Part shown: piece after piece, positions 22,201 to 31,100 of the stretch
Numbering within the stretch: the first letter of the stretch is position 1
Layout of the letters: every line of letters starts with the position of its first letter
Virus record (IMG/VR): IMGVR_UViG_3300030110_005581
DNA length: 64,000 nt
From: a virus
Direction: 5' to 3' (one strand)
Made by a program: the position numbers and the translations under genes
The notes under the pieces: generated by a model
The model's database searches: none
Seen by the model: only the letters and a program-made list of their open reading frames with translations
Told to the model about the DNA's origin: nothing

Positions 22201-23928
22201 ATTGTAGATCTTATTTTTAACATCGTAAAGCTTTTGTTCAAATAGGGTTCGATCATTTCGGCTTTGGTAATATTCCAACTCAGTAGCATCGGAAAACAGC
22301 TCAGGGAAATATTGAAATCCGATAGACTGCAAAAGCCTGTCATTAAATGGGGCGGGCTTGTGTTGGAAGCCGGCGTGTGATTTATATTTTAATGTGGGCA
22401 GTGTGTTGATTTGCTCTGCCAGAGAGTCAAAATAAGAACCAACAACCTGAGTGAGATTCTTAAGAGGCGATGTCTCCTTGTCTTCATCTTCTTCTGTAAT
22501 CCAGGCCGGCAGAGAATGGTAGATGGATGCATTGTTTGCAAAGTCGTGTATCTGCCCTTCTTCTTTTTTGTCCCTCAATGTTGATTGAACTGTGGGGTGG
22601 AAAGGGTATAAGATGGGGTCTTTAAATTCCCTAGAAACAAGACTGGATGAGACCATTGCAGATCCAACATTTCGCGAGTTTGAACTGTATCCGACAAAGA
22701 CGCCATTGCTAATTCGCCCTGAGTAGTCTAGAATATTTCTATCTACCGAAGAAGTTTGAGTTATTCCTTCGTTAAATTTGTAATATACTCCCAGGGCGGT
22801 ATTTGCGTCATCAGTATTTGTGCCGCCGCCGACTGGCTCAATCATATATCTAACCACTTCTGCAGAACTTCTTTTGTCTTTCCAAAACCTAAACTCATCT
22901 AGGGAGCCAGAGAGCTTACCCCAGCCTTTTGTGGGCTGAGTTGTCCCTAGAGGTGCAGTATAAAGAGATCCGATTGTTGCATTGATGTTGCCACTAACAT
23001 ATCCAACAGACGATCCGGTTAAAACTGTTTGATCACACTTGCCATCAACATAGAAATTTACTTCTATCTGGCTTCCAGTGTTTTTCATTACAAAGGCATA
23101 GTGGTGCCATTTATTATCTGCAACTGAAGATGTTGTGACCGAAGAGCCAATAGTTGCCCACGCAACCCCTGTGGCTCCAGACATGTAGGTGACCCTAAAT
23201 GGAGATGCAGCCGTTGTACCAGTCATCTCAATTGTTAGCCGGCCATAACTAGGGTTTGAGGATATAAAATCTGACGTGCTGGCGTCGAAGATAACTTCTT
23301 TACCTGTTTTGGCTGTTGCAAAAGTAGACTTTTTCATCCAGAATTCAACCGTGTTTCCATCAATACCGCCAATTTTTAGATTACATTCACGGTTTTTTGA
23401 TGGCTCCCAAACATTTGCATAGCCGCTTTTATAGTCGCCAGAAACGTCTTGGATGTCTTTATCTTTTGAACGTTTGGATGTGTGAGGGCCACCCTTTACA
23501 AAGATATATTCGTAAGAGGCTGTTGCTGTTGCGCCATAGCCATTTTCATAGTCGACTTGTGTCCCCCATGATCTTGGAGAGATAATAACATATCCGTTAG
23601 TTCGAGGATATACCTCTTCGAACACATACATATCAAAAAACGAAGAGCTTAACTCCCACTGAACTCTTTCTTTTAAGGAGCCGTCATATGGGTAGGTGTC
23701 ATAAATTCTATCAAATGCATCGACGTAATACTTCTTTGCAGAGCCAAACCTAGCAAAGTTTTTAAGATCAGAAAAGTCCACAGGGGGCTTAAAGCGTTCC
23801 CGCTGTACAAAATAATTTTTTAAGTAATCAACAGATTCCAGAGTCCCGTCTTTAACAAGGGAATCTGGGTTGGCATTCGTTAAAATTATATCATGACTTT
23901 CATAAAGTTTTTTGTAATCGATCGGCAT
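13291..23928 (-). CDS. Giant baseplate wedge protein (P2 gpI / T4 gp7-like) with four LamG/concanavalin A-like domains
   Basis: 3545 aa. Contains the gpI-type motif YINKTKGTEKSFRNMLHCFG. LamG signatures at about 23360-22860 (TVEFWMK..WHHYAFV..GSLDEFRFW), 21905-21270 (degenerate), 20390-19730 (SVNFWFK..GTIGNFALF) and 18250-17510 (TLSAWVNP..WTHVALTY..GYIDEISVF). Lies downstream of the gp6 and gp25 homologues. Confidence 0.7.
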   Translation of the reverse strand: MPIDYKKLYESHDIILTNANPDSLVKDGTLESVDYLKNYFVQRERFKPPVDFSDLKNFARFGSAKKYYVDAFDRIYDTYPYDGSLKERVQWELSSSFFDMYVFEEVYPRTNGYVIISPRSWGTQVDYENGYGATATASYEYIFVKGGPHTSKRSKDKDIQDVSGDYKSGYANVWEPSKNRECNLKIGGIDGNTVEFWMKKSTFATAKTGKEVIFDASTSDFISSNPSYGRLTIEMTGTTAASPFRVTYMSGATGVAWATIGSSVTTSSVADNKWHHYAFVMKNTGSQIEVNFYVDGKCDQTVLTGSSVGYVSGNINATIGSLYTAPLGTTQPTKGWGKLSGSLDEFRFWKDKRSSAEVVRYMIEPVGGGTNTDDANTALGVYYKFNEGITQTSSVDRNILDYSGRISNGVFVGYSSNSRNVGSAMVSSSLVSREFKDPILYPFHPTVQSTLRDKKEEGQIHDFANNASIYHSLPAWITEEDEDKETSPLKNLTQVVGSYFDSLAEQINTLPTLKYKSHAGFQHKPAPFNDRLLQSIGFQYFPELFSDATELEYYQSRNDRTLFEQKLYDVKNKIYNNIYNNIIYINKTKGTEKSFRNMLHCFGVGDEIYRINTYGNRVTYELKDNYQSIAEYKKYVNFGLTGSAEGTVFAHSSSANSNSKAIISGTYGLTDYLGFTMESEVHFPIRFSIADTNTVATTDEGPSRQFRSYIPYTTASLFGMHQVRDAATGNNLTWASTDTANFQVFAIRASDYSQRAKFLLTGTVGSAIGALNLSSSYFDNVFNDTRWSFSVSVRPTPTVNANLPDGSSGSVNTNGYLVEFYGVEKIADYVKNEFYHTGTISADNGSLFLNKPKAPYIGAHRTNFSGSILQKADGNISSTRVWFKHLPTGTIQQHTQDVKNYGTEHPFRSTYLYPTALTGTKIPEIDTMVLNWTFDTVTGSDSSGQFIGEDYSSGSVQKVSKYGPFGQIVGKQYLPKGFGFLASSTLPINKKYVNSGKKQLPETITSADMVNILTDDDEFFNKGEIARPTNYYTSIEKSMYQTISDEMIKMFSTVKDFNNLVGEPVNKYRDDYKNMAKLRQMFYERVGNTPDLDKYVDFYKWIDLTLDSLLGYLIPMSSDMTDQYGSNIRTMVENTVLQRNKYRWKYPTLEDKTPTIEGNLTGINELLYDWEHGHAPLNEIKMMTFAKASNQYFSVPDAAAFSFGNGTSDSPFSVNFWFKTSDMTSQSLFSKYGAVSNQEYYFFTDGSDRLQLYLTDESTGQTVNARSTALTSYQNELINITVTYNGAGGGTAASGISMYINGVALTLTAFNSGLYTAMENLTQNFEIGRGLTAFYLDGTIGNFALFSRELSAQEALLLYNNGCAADISSILPVDLVAYYKLSDLNGGDSSGNGYGGSPQNSPLITSFTCENSQADNCLWWNQRAEKSNPALSSSVEGVNEDKQSILDSIVNDTNTPAPTLGATGSGGITTYAGSTYALRRLAPPLRLEVDESPLVKGGVNEFANKQTDLLTFIKQSTSGSYMVVPTSSVLPFEQCNDDLALNNGKRKQSFNSSVNNFKLSTAENSYFTSKGDLYAFFDIYSASISGGYHDDLATNFMQGVDLTNLHEDTYGPMYGRPVQGPFTEKFVGGKVYRHINSNLRPHNTTPDNVTNRIEGWRIMLSASSIYAFGSGYGNNMAPNPNLEKGSMFRSVMAKRPVNIENIKMFTGSATNIPGRPDQVLNATNIGNYSHNYDLIMTNGRSINNRYLAEAGALPSTYAPSTFVTGVIDFAMPRRDLTGSSDSIIVNRFSAPGSPATMGQGMLDLAAGEYSVYNSLPWRNLNVRRPLNEWSTDHTNQFGFFSDNQTETAYLLAGEIYIGGSSSVSAENYDGTGSFHKVNRNSKPRLAPIEYHNSKIIYFNGTTYRVNIGTAATWDAIVGTAAGSTQSYTLSAWVNPTSLSHAGGNNQPRIFDFAEKVGLFVDNSGKINFFADFSTTMGVWQTNASVISTGEWTHVALTYDGTSVANNPTIYVNGVSVAITETQTPVGSYKSLAGAADCFIGENMSDVRAWEGYIDEISVFARECTLAEIKEIYYGTTGFDPAIERQGPGDLSKHSRVSRLKAWWGGEGWTSGLTLPAQYGSLDGTLVSANMVINNNGAIVKKLEGAVYIGNVFVYDNWFIQHQLPQTDLQYAWITASVTYGYTGSAYYGFEKPDYSNASLASTDITFLSASEWTPSLHGGLSGAPMDFAGLNEIIYDPVIPYKNLVSASSNTGIDKVFAGAGLSTPIAFNGLILHRQGPYGNASWKQLRASQGPIMRYNYKNNIQTFTKISSSTVDGKYVGDSVGIVSQIEPPITSKFSPLQYGFMYKSDQPNAVTGSSINMQTSYGNEKAYFTNVPDPEISNLIDLNNSELVWSKAGQIGETLQSADDKILAYDTLKKYLLWNTPTYVSGDANPIEDFHHMRISEGIYPREHYTYLSLVRERANYINNYWKDGRSNRNLELTNSQGYKTTAHTAFWQSASIWSLDADMLGRVTTPGDELYSSGSEGELQNSYSIWHANLSAQRPAPIPAATYNRRVPILDPGVGTFFWGQTEWEAGEQAGYNPSYDTYKEYVEDVKRIGKDYGIIPEYRISEHMKYHVVDKASDGGFLAPNRDWLSLTGAVISGSNDNTSGNGAFYTTYTNSDFLKYFQPIESDFSKVAAPTNLTLKCNAIMKFLPYDGFYPSERSVQLATLFSQSFAPSASLIGINANWRTLLMPFFSPGILYNSIKSGLAVDYPIYKGPTTDYFNPEGAELYMAVNTAPSTDRVPFEALVNPDYWLSSLQKIVDSDCHHSASINSTGSFEEPANDLYRRAMNNFVAEVPRFFLGGTAGNNNSPYGPMTTFASKETLEGTGFGTDPNDNTGDYIPMKADKTYKMRIVCSHSKIKNLSTLLDTTTTAGAARAANRASYIYNEPTIMMYNRAWDRTSQTDYYGLDSSYGLIPWFARVHNVAASYPTSYVPIYGSSFGPPMYAGGFTSYVNGSGFTGVPTSSFEAYTPPYYNGYSHIELSYKAKYDGNHTITDIISGITASYHREMITAQALTASGFSPNGGLNAAAASAMQLSESINWNKVVSAGSGKSRWVIQPKWECPVLDFTTPDAIVEGMADNRDFATAKGMWHQYGTIPSNTSGLFLEIQPGDATDDPDTVGDLAELLGFDEDPTRKIGQIPSGGKTVSEAVVAVPFYEDAQGSRNFFHIDRKTIDWAQIKLSNPEIKDIDYLTNKLAGVENAIKYKPAPSVVSMVQSMDKFVIPPSFDFIQNKNQAPMAMVIFEFEHHFTQDDLVKMWQGVLPSEPRTDAASGIQAAAAEIDIGINLQSGSPFDTTQPEFNESMEDMLEQSKGFDLLNDIPGESMLFPKNIQWMVFKVKQKAAWSYDDIVVGNNPPTPPPGQGPGPKPPSSEPINYNYNWPYDFFSLIELAKINETVSMTPRQKVPDTLPTIIDMLNILPFTSPVWIIPPVSNSITQTDPSVFDKKELGFGAEVFKKQTSLNSEQFVTLQLIDQTSQTIEVTGPVSQDSPVDNTVPNNTP

Positions 23929-23941
23929 TCTATTCTACTCT

Positions 23942-25804
23942 TTATTCTACTTTAAATTTAAATTCTTCTGGCTGCTCAATATATTGTGAATTTAAGTAAT
24001 ATACAAATTTTATCCCGTAAACGTTGTCTGGCTCTAGTAGCGACATATCTAAGTCAAAATAACTCCCACTTGCATCAAACGACAGTCTAGTTTGATTATC
24101 ACTACCTGTGCCGTAACTTATTACATCTAAATTATCATTTATTCTGTAAATTTTGTAATACGAATCCTCAACTAAATCAATTGGAGCTTTGTTTGACGAT
24201 ACCGTATAAATAGTTGGGCTCCAATCTTTTTTTCTCGTGTATAGTCGGAATCTTGCCGCTTTATTTTGACTTGAATATGAAGGCTTTAGATTAGTAATTG
24301 TGCTTACAAATTGTTGATTCGGGTTGGTCGCCTGGCCAGGCCAAAGTTGAGTTAAACTTTTGGGCTCAATCGATCCGGTGAAATATTCAGAAGAACCAAA
24401 ATGCCACACATCATATACTTTATTTAAACTAGTAGAACCAGTGAAAGCAAAAGATGCAGAATATATTCCCGTAGAGACGTACCCCCCCGTTACGTTAAAA
24501 TCGCCATTTGTGACGACTCCGCCGCCCGGAAGCTTGGAGAGGGCCAATTTTGAGCCCGAAGGGGCTGTATTGTCTGATGAGCCGGAATATAAGCTTACCA
24601 AAATAGCACCATTACCAATGCTGGGTATGTTTTTTAGTTGCCCGCGCACATAATTATAAAGATAAATGGTGTTTAAGTTATCTGCCACAGGAGCCAGAGA
24701 ACTGCTGTAATAAAAGCTACCCCTATCATCTTTTGTCGAAGAATCCCACCTTGCTTCTATCGCCGGCCTATAAAAGAAATTTTCAGAACCCCTTGCAAAA
24801 AACTTTTTAATGTAATAGGATGTCTCTTGGGACTCTTCCGCGGAAGACAACTTTACGCCTACACCATAATTAGATTTGCTGCCTAATACATTTCCAGCAC
24901 TATTGACCCACTGCTCTACTAATTCAGTAATATCCATTTCTAGATCTTCAAATCCAGTGCTAAAAGACGCAGTAAACGAGGAGGAAGCATCTGTGTAGTA
25001 GTCCCCACCTTGAGTGGTCCAAGATGTGTAATCGGCACCAACAGTGGTCGTTGAGAGGCCAATAAATTTTGCATTTCCAGTTGGGGCTGTTATGGCCCCT
25101 GCTGTGACATTTGCAACGCCGACAGCTGCAACGCTACGGACTGCGGTAAACGCTGACTGGGCGCCTACAACATTTTTAAATGTCTCAGCGTAATCAGAGG
25201 CCGCGGCGCCTGCCGAGATGTCTACTTCAACTTCAGTCCCATCTAGGTTGGGCGCCGTTTCTGCTGCAGACTTGAACCAAAAATTATACCTATTGCTGCT
25301 TGCATCGTAAAGGCTTATATATTTTCCACCATAATCGCCTTTTGTGTTAGATGCAAAAGAGGCTGTTAAGATGTTTGAAATTTTAGTGTCATTCCGATAA
25401 AGCCAATTAGATGGCTCCTCATCAGAATAATTTTCCATATCCAACCCATTGCCTTCTTGCCAGGATTGAGATATTGCAGATACAACTAAATTGAAGTCTT
25501 TTGGTGTTGTTTGGGAGTGTCTTGCATTATACATTCTCAAATAAAATGACACACTACCAGAGGCCGGTATATTGCCCTGCGTTCTGTCGTAGGATATATA
25601 ATCAACTGCATTTCCAACCACAGGGAACTTAATTAACGTTCTGGCCTTTTCAGCCGAAGAGGATGAAGCTTGGCCGTATATTGAAAATGTCTCCAATATA
25701 TCAGATTGCCCCATATTTCCGCTAACACCCCTGGTGGTTAAATTAGCCTTGTATGCGTTGGTGATTGTATTGTCTGCATCTGCGATGTATCTTTTAATAG
25801 CCAT
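23942..25804 (-). CDS. Baseplate-associated structural protein with a DNRLRE/CBM96-like N-terminal beta-sandwich
   Basis: 620 aa. Motifs RTLIKFP..FYLRMYN..LVVSAISQSWQEG..SNW...W..QGGDY recall DNRLRE-type domains. Translationally coupled (TAATG) to the gp6-like gene. Confidence 0.5.
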   Translation of the reverse strand: MAIKRYIADADNTITNAYKANLTTRGVSGNMGQSDILETFSIYGQASSSSAEKARTLIKFPVVGNAVDYISYDRTQGNIPASGSVSFYLRMYNARHSQTTPKDFNLVVSAISQSWQEGNGLDMENYSDEEPSNWLYRNDTKISNILTASFASNTKGDYGGKYISLYDASSNRYNFWFKSAAETAPNLDGTEVEVDISAGAAASDYAETFKNVVGAQSAFTAVRSVAAVGVANVTAGAITAPTGNAKFIGLSTTTVGADYTSWTTQGGDYYTDASSSFTASFSTGFEDLEMDITELVEQWVNSAGNVLGSKSNYGVGVKLSSAEESQETSYYIKKFFARGSENFFYRPAIEARWDSSTKDDRGSFYYSSSLAPVADNLNTIYLYNYVRGQLKNIPSIGNGAILVSLYSGSSDNTAPSGSKLALSKLPGGGVVTNGDFNVTGGYVSTGIYSASFAFTGSTSLNKVYDVWHFGSSEYFTGSIEPKSLTQLWPGQATNPNQQFVSTITNLKPSYSSQNKAARFRLYTRKKDWSPTIYTVSSNKAPIDLVEDSYYKIYRINDNLDVISYGTGSDNQTRLSFDASGSYFDLDMSLLEPDNVYGIKFVYYLNSQYIEQPEEFKFKVE

Positions 25805-27600
25805 TATTGTACGGTGCCTCCAATATCTAGATCTGGATATTTTATTTCAAAAATAGTATCTGTGGGTGGAAATAAAAATCTACCATCGGGGGAGAGTGCT
25901 TCCTCTATAGATATTGGAGCATCAGCGTATCCATCACCAGTCATAACTTTCATTTTTACATCAACAACGTCCATTAAATCAGGTATAGATTTTAATATTT
26001 GATATATGTCAGTGATAATGATTGGTTCTCCGATATAAAATGTCTTTCTGAATGCGTTTCTTAATGTTTGGTTGGCCTCGACCAAAATATCATACTTGTT
26101 TGTACCAGGGAAAGGAACAATTTTAAATTCTATCCCAACATTACAAATATTTGCATCTAAAATATCAATTGTGTCGTTGACCATTTTATATTGATTTATC
26201 CAAGTTTTTAAGTTATTTTTAAGAGTAGTGTTCGCATTTGTCAAATCCCCATCAGAATCTTCAGCTAAAACATAATAATTTATATTTCGCTGATTATATG
26301 AATCTGAGTCTAACTCCAGGGACGCTCTTTTAATTTTGCCATATTTTGCCGGCATGTTATATGCAAGTGCAACATAATCTTGCTTTGTGACGGCTCTGTT
26401 TTGCGATGCAAAGTTAGACATAGCTCTCTCTTTTATTTCCTCAACACTAATCAGACTTACGTCACCAGTGATCGGTTCTTCGTTTAAGACGGCTAGACTT
26501 CCTTGTACCTCTGAAATTATAGCCTCGCTCAGAAGCCCTTGTTGTTCGGCTGGAAAGGAAAAATCAGCAGTGCCAATTCTTGTTATTGTTTGCGCTCCAG
26601 TGTTGACGTTTTCATTTGTATTAATTCTGTATATTATAGTTAGCGTAGTGTTTGACGGAGAAACTCCCAACTTGTCTGTTTTATTTAATATCGAAGGGTC
26701 GAAAGATGTGTCTGTGACATAATTTTTCCCATGCAACTCCAACACCACTTCTGAGGGATCTTTAACCTCTACTGGAGTTTCTTCGCTGCCTTGCCCAAAT
26801 TGCAAAAACAAACCATCTGGTGTTGTGTCCACTCGGAAACGCCTAGAGACAGAAACAGGTTTCAAAATAAAAGGCACTGTACTGTGGTCCGAATTTCTAT
26901 TTATAACTGGCACAAAAAGCACATCTTGGCTTAGATAATCAACCTCAAAATATTGATTTCCATTATCATCAAAAACTGAAACTATTTCACTTATATTTTC
27001 ACCAAGAAGAGTGACTCTTTGAAATGGAGTGTATTCTCCGATTTGCACTTCTTGAACTGCTAGCTCGCCCGACATGACTTGGCCGGCGGCCCTAATTGCA
27101 TACGATAAGGGGTTGCCAGTGGTTGCATCCTGATCGGCCACCACAACTGGGTTTTCAGATAAGGAAAAGTTTATATCTTCCAACAAAGAAAAGATGGTAT
27201 CATTTGTAGAAATAAAGGTCGACCCTTTTTTTAAGACGGGCATGTACCTTTCATCAGGGGCCTGAGATGCTGCTTCGGCCGGCACAGTAATATAGAAGTT
27301 GCACATACCGAAAGAGGAAGGGTAGGGCTTGTACTTGTATCCCATCTGCCGACTTAACTTAATTACATTGTCAAATTCAATTGCAGTATCTAAAAAAGAC
27401 TCATTTGCTTGATAGTCTGTATAAAAAGAGAGCATGTCCCCAACATAGGCAACTGTATCTAACATCATGGAGCCAAAAGAGGCATCAGTGAAGTCCCTGT
27501 AATTGTCGGGATAATATCGTTTAACGTAGGACTCAAGCTCGTTTCGAATGGAGGTGAAGTCTCTATTTGTGTAGTTTATTGCTGGTTTTTTCGGTGCCAT
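25804..27600 (-). CDS. Baseplate wedge subunit (T4 gp6 / baseplate J-like)
   Basis: 598 aa with YTNRDFTSIRNEL..DF..SFGSMMLDTVAYVGDMLSFYTDYQANESFLDTA and QNRAVTKQDY, classic gp6/J motifs. Confidence 0.9.
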   Translation of the reverse strand: MAPKKPAINYTNRDFTSIRNELESYVKRYYPDNYRDFTDASFGSMMLDTVAYVGDMLSFYTDYQANESFLDTAIEFDNVIKLSRQMGYKYKPYPSSFGMCNFYITVPAEAASQAPDERYMPVLKKGSTFISTNDTIFSLLEDINFSLSENPVVVADQDATTGNPLSYAIRAAGQVMSGELAVQEVQIGEYTPFQRVTLLGENISEIVSVFDDNGNQYFEVDYLSQDVLFVPVINRNSDHSTVPFILKPVSVSRRFRVDTTPDGLFLQFGQGSEETPVEVKDPSEVVLELHGKNYVTDTSFDPSILNKTDKLGVSPSNTTLTIIYRINTNENVNTGAQTITRIGTADFSFPAEQQGLLSEAIISEVQGSLAVLNEEPITGDVSLISVEEIKERAMSNFASQNRAVTKQDYVALAYNMPAKYGKIKRASLELDSDSYNQRNINYYVLAEDSDGDLTNANTTLKNNLKTWINQYKMVNDTIDILDANICNVGIEFKIVPFPGTNKYDILVEANQTLRNAFRKTFYIGEPIIITDIYQILKSIPDLMDVVDVKMKVMTGDGYADAPISIEEALSPDGRFLFPPTDTIFEIKYPDLDIGGTVQ

Positions 27601-27621
27601 GTTTTTAATAAATCCTTTTCA

Positions 27622-27628
27622 TAATTAG
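27622..27628 (-). promoter_or_regulatory. Putative late promoter CTAATTA
   Basis: Intergenic, 21 nt upstream of the ATG at 27600. Confidence 0.5.
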
Positions 27629-27632
27629 ACAC

Positions 27633-28028
27633 TTAAGCTTTAAAAGTAATAGCTAAAGTGTCATCAAATCCCACGCTTGGTATTGTATATACAATTTCAA
27701 CGCCTATAGAGTTTGTTGGTGCGGTTTCTCCTGGTGCGACATCAATATTAGTCATCGATATTCCTATGATTTTAACAAATGGAACATACTTTTTTACTTG
27801 CTCCATGATTTTGCTTCTTAGAGATGTGTGAGTTACAACCTCCGATTCAAAAAGGTAATTTCTTGCTCCAACACCGAATTCCGGATCCATAATCCTTTCT
27901 CCTGGCGATGTTAGGACCACCATTTTGATATTCTGCCTAGCAACTTCTCCAATGGTTTTATTTAACTTATAATATCCATCGGTAGGGTCATAAAGCAGTG
28001 GTAATTTTGGAGAATAGCCGACTCCCAT
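27633..28028 (-). CDS. Baseplate wedge protein gp25-like (GPW/gp25)
   Basis: 131 aa with QNIKMVVLTSPGERIMDPEFGVGARNYLFE, the gp25 signature. Confidence 0.92.
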   Translation of the reverse strand: MGVGYSPKLPLLYDPTDGYYKLNKTIGEVARQNIKMVVLTSPGERIMDPEFGVGARNYLFESEVVTHTSLRSKIMEQVKKYVPFVKIIGISMTNIDVAPGETAPTNSIGVEIVYTIPSVGFDDTLAITFKA

Positions 28029-28047
28029 TTATTTAATCTCCTCCAAA

Positions 28048-28054
28048 TAAATAG
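28048..28054 (-). promoter_or_regulatory. Putative late promoter CTATTTA
   Basis: Intergenic, 19 nt upstream of the ATG at 28028 and just upstream of a GGAGG SD. Confidence 0.5.
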
Positions 28055-28105
28055 ATTTTAAAGATATTTTGTTTATAAAATATTTATACATTTTAAATCC
28101 TCATG

Positions 28106-31100
28106 TTAGTTGTTTTCTGGAGTTTTATCCTCGCACTCACCTTCTGGGGCTGGCAAGCTCTCTTTATCTTTATCTGGTTCTTGTGCCATAAGCTTTGCTA
28201 TGATGCCCACAGGGGTCAGTGGACCAGGAAAGAACCATGGTGTTTTCCATGTTGGGTCTATTGTGTTAGCTGCTGCCTGAATAACTAACTCGAAGAACAT
28301 CTTGGCTATTTCATTTGGTGCTGGTGAAGATATGCTCAGCTTTTCCTCTTGTGTTTCCGGTTCTGGTGTTACGTATGAGTAATCGTCCTCAATGGCCTTT
28401 AAAGACTCGACAATAAAAGAACCAACAAAGCCCTTGGTGGAGCTAAATAAATTTTCAAGCTCAGGGTACGAAGCAAGCATTCCATATCGATATATCATGG
28501 CTGTTGTAAATGATGTTTGTTTGATCGGCAACACTTCGTTAAGCAAATCAGAATTTTTTAGATTATCCATCAACTTGTTTTGCATTTTGTAAATAATTTC
28601 TTCGCGCATTGGATTAGGCTTTGTTTCTGGATTGGTTTCTAGGCGGCTATGTGGGGCTAACATTGTGTTTAAAAGTTTGCAAGTCGCCCATAAGGTGGGT
28701 CGCACAGGGTCGTCTTTTGTCGAAGCGTCCATATAATATTGTTGAGGTTTTAAACCATCGGCCATCAGTGACTCATCCATAGAAAGAGGGCAAAACAAAT
28801 TGTTATATAAGTTGGCGTGGGTGTTTATAGCGGTGCCGCGGCTGTAATTGTATTGAACCTGATTGGCAGCCAATCCAAGTTCTGAAATTTTAGACATTAT
28901 CAAGCTCCATGGGTTTTCTTCGAATGGCGCTTTTGAGGAATCGCTAAACGTAAAGTGCGGTGCAGAAACACCAAAGGTTGGTGGAGATCCCGGTGGGTGC
29001 ATTTTCTCGTGTACCTGCTCCCAGTAATCTCTGAGATCGTACTCTTCAAATTCAATTGGCAGGCAAAGCCAATTTATAGCAGTTGTAGAATCACCATCAG
29101 TCAATAAGAAAGTTTTGTCTTGAATATAGTCCTTATCAATTTTTGCCTCTAGAGTGACATCTCTTAGTTCAGATATAATGTTCTCCATGTAGCTAGAATC
29201 TACACCTTCGCCCTTATAAGGTACAATTAGGTTTAACCTCATACCCATCGATATATCAAACCAATGATCAAAGGGCGCTTCCACTACAATTCTCTTCAGG
29301 TATTCACACATGCCGATCAAATTAAGTCCATTCTTTTTATAAAATTCATTAATTTTTCCCTCACCTCCGTCCAAAGTGCCGGCGAATTCGTCAAAACCAT
29401 GACGTATCATAAATTCAGCAATTTTTTCAAAAAACAACCTTTGAGATGGTAGTGGTGAAATATTCTCATTGTTTTCTTTTAGCGTCTCGTTCCATTCAGT
29501 GTTGAACTCCGGGTCGTTCGGGTCGGACAACACATCGTCCATGATAGCTTTATTTCCACCTGGATTGACTTCTTTTGCAGCAGAAAAAATATCAATAAAT
29601 GAAAAATTCCAATTTTTAAACGTTTGATCTGCCGTTTCAGAAAAATTGTGATATCCTATTGAATCTAGACCCACAACCCCCCTATTGCGAAAATTAAGCT
29701 GAGCCGAGTGGGGTATGCCGTCCGGATATTGCTGCCAATGGTAGAAAGCATTATAGAATGATTTATCACCATAAGCAGCTGCTTCCTTCTGGTAATCTGT
29801 GTCGGACGGGGCAGGAAAATAAGAACTAACAGTGCTTTGAAAAATTGATCTTAAATTATGAAAAGAACCATTCACTCCGGCGATTGCGTGTCCAAGTGAG
29901 ACTTTCCATTGGTCACCTTCCTTGTCAACCGGGGAAAAGAAAGTTAAAAAGAAATCCCAAAAAGTAGAAAGCTCTTCATCGCCATTGCCAAAAAGCAATC
30001 TTCCATGTTCTTCGTACTCTTTTTCAATCTTGCCAATGATTTTTCTTATAAAATTGTGAATTGTTCTGATTGCTGGATAGTGTTTTCTATAATTAAACTG
30101 CCCATATGGTCGACTTTCCGTCGATGGGATTATATCTTTATACAAGGAATTGCCACCGAATTCAGTAAAGAAAGTTGCATCGATGGGATCTCCATCTTCA
30201 ACGGGCGGTGGCCAACCCTTCAGCGCATCAAGCCCAAACCAATCAACCTTCTCTGGGACTTCACCCAGTTGAGTACCATCGTTGGCCACCCCTCCATATG
30301 CATTTACATCTTTAATATTTCTAAACATTGCAGTTTCCCATAAAGAAAAAGCTTGCTTAAATCTTTTCCAAAAATCTTGATAATAAACATCCGCAGCTTC
30401 AAGGCTGGTTGGCGGCTCGCTAGCTGTAGTTAGTTTAGACCTCATCCTTACGTAGGGCTCAAAAAATAAGCCACCCTCCCTCTCGGATGGAAAAGGCTTA
30501 GGTGATTGACTATATATGGAGTAGTCCTCGAAGTTCACTAGAGACGGATCAGGCATCTGACGAAATAGGGGCATCTTATTGACCTCCAGCTCTCCATTTT
30601 CTGTTTCCTGGCGGGTTGGGAACCTGCTCCCCTGCATTATTTCACGGTGGATAGAGTATTTGAAAAAGTCATTCTTAAAATAGTCCGCATCATCCAGTTT
30701 TGTGAATTGATCTTTCCAGGCCGGATTTGCAAATTTACGGACTCGTTCATCCATCAATTTATCAACTTCAAGCGCAGTTTCAACAATAATCATGTCTAAG
30801 CTTTCTTCGCGCGTTTTAACTCTAGTTTGTTCCGCCTTTTGTGCTTTTGTTAGGGGGGAACCATCTTCGTTTGTCATTGAATCGACATCAACATCCGCAA
30901 GGCGCGCCTTGACAACTTTTTGTGAATAATCTAAAAGATTTTCATATCCACTTGAAAGCGAACTTTCTACTGAAGATCTAATCGCAGATTTTATAATCGA
31001 CATATAAGCTTCATCTTCAATAATGTCAGAAATTTTTGCAAAAGAGAACATAAAGATATTCTTAAGATATTCCTCTGCAATACAAACTTTTATAAGCATC

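Noticed and set aside
13291-23928. Diversity-generating retroelement target or intein in the giant gene
   Set aside because: No reverse transcriptase, no template/variable repeat pair, and no intein or LAGLIDADG motifs were noticed.
28054-28099. Intrinsic terminator in the gap before the gp25-like gene
   Set aside because: There is an AT-only inverted repeat (ATATTTT/AAAATAT) but no GC-rich stem, so it is too weak to call.
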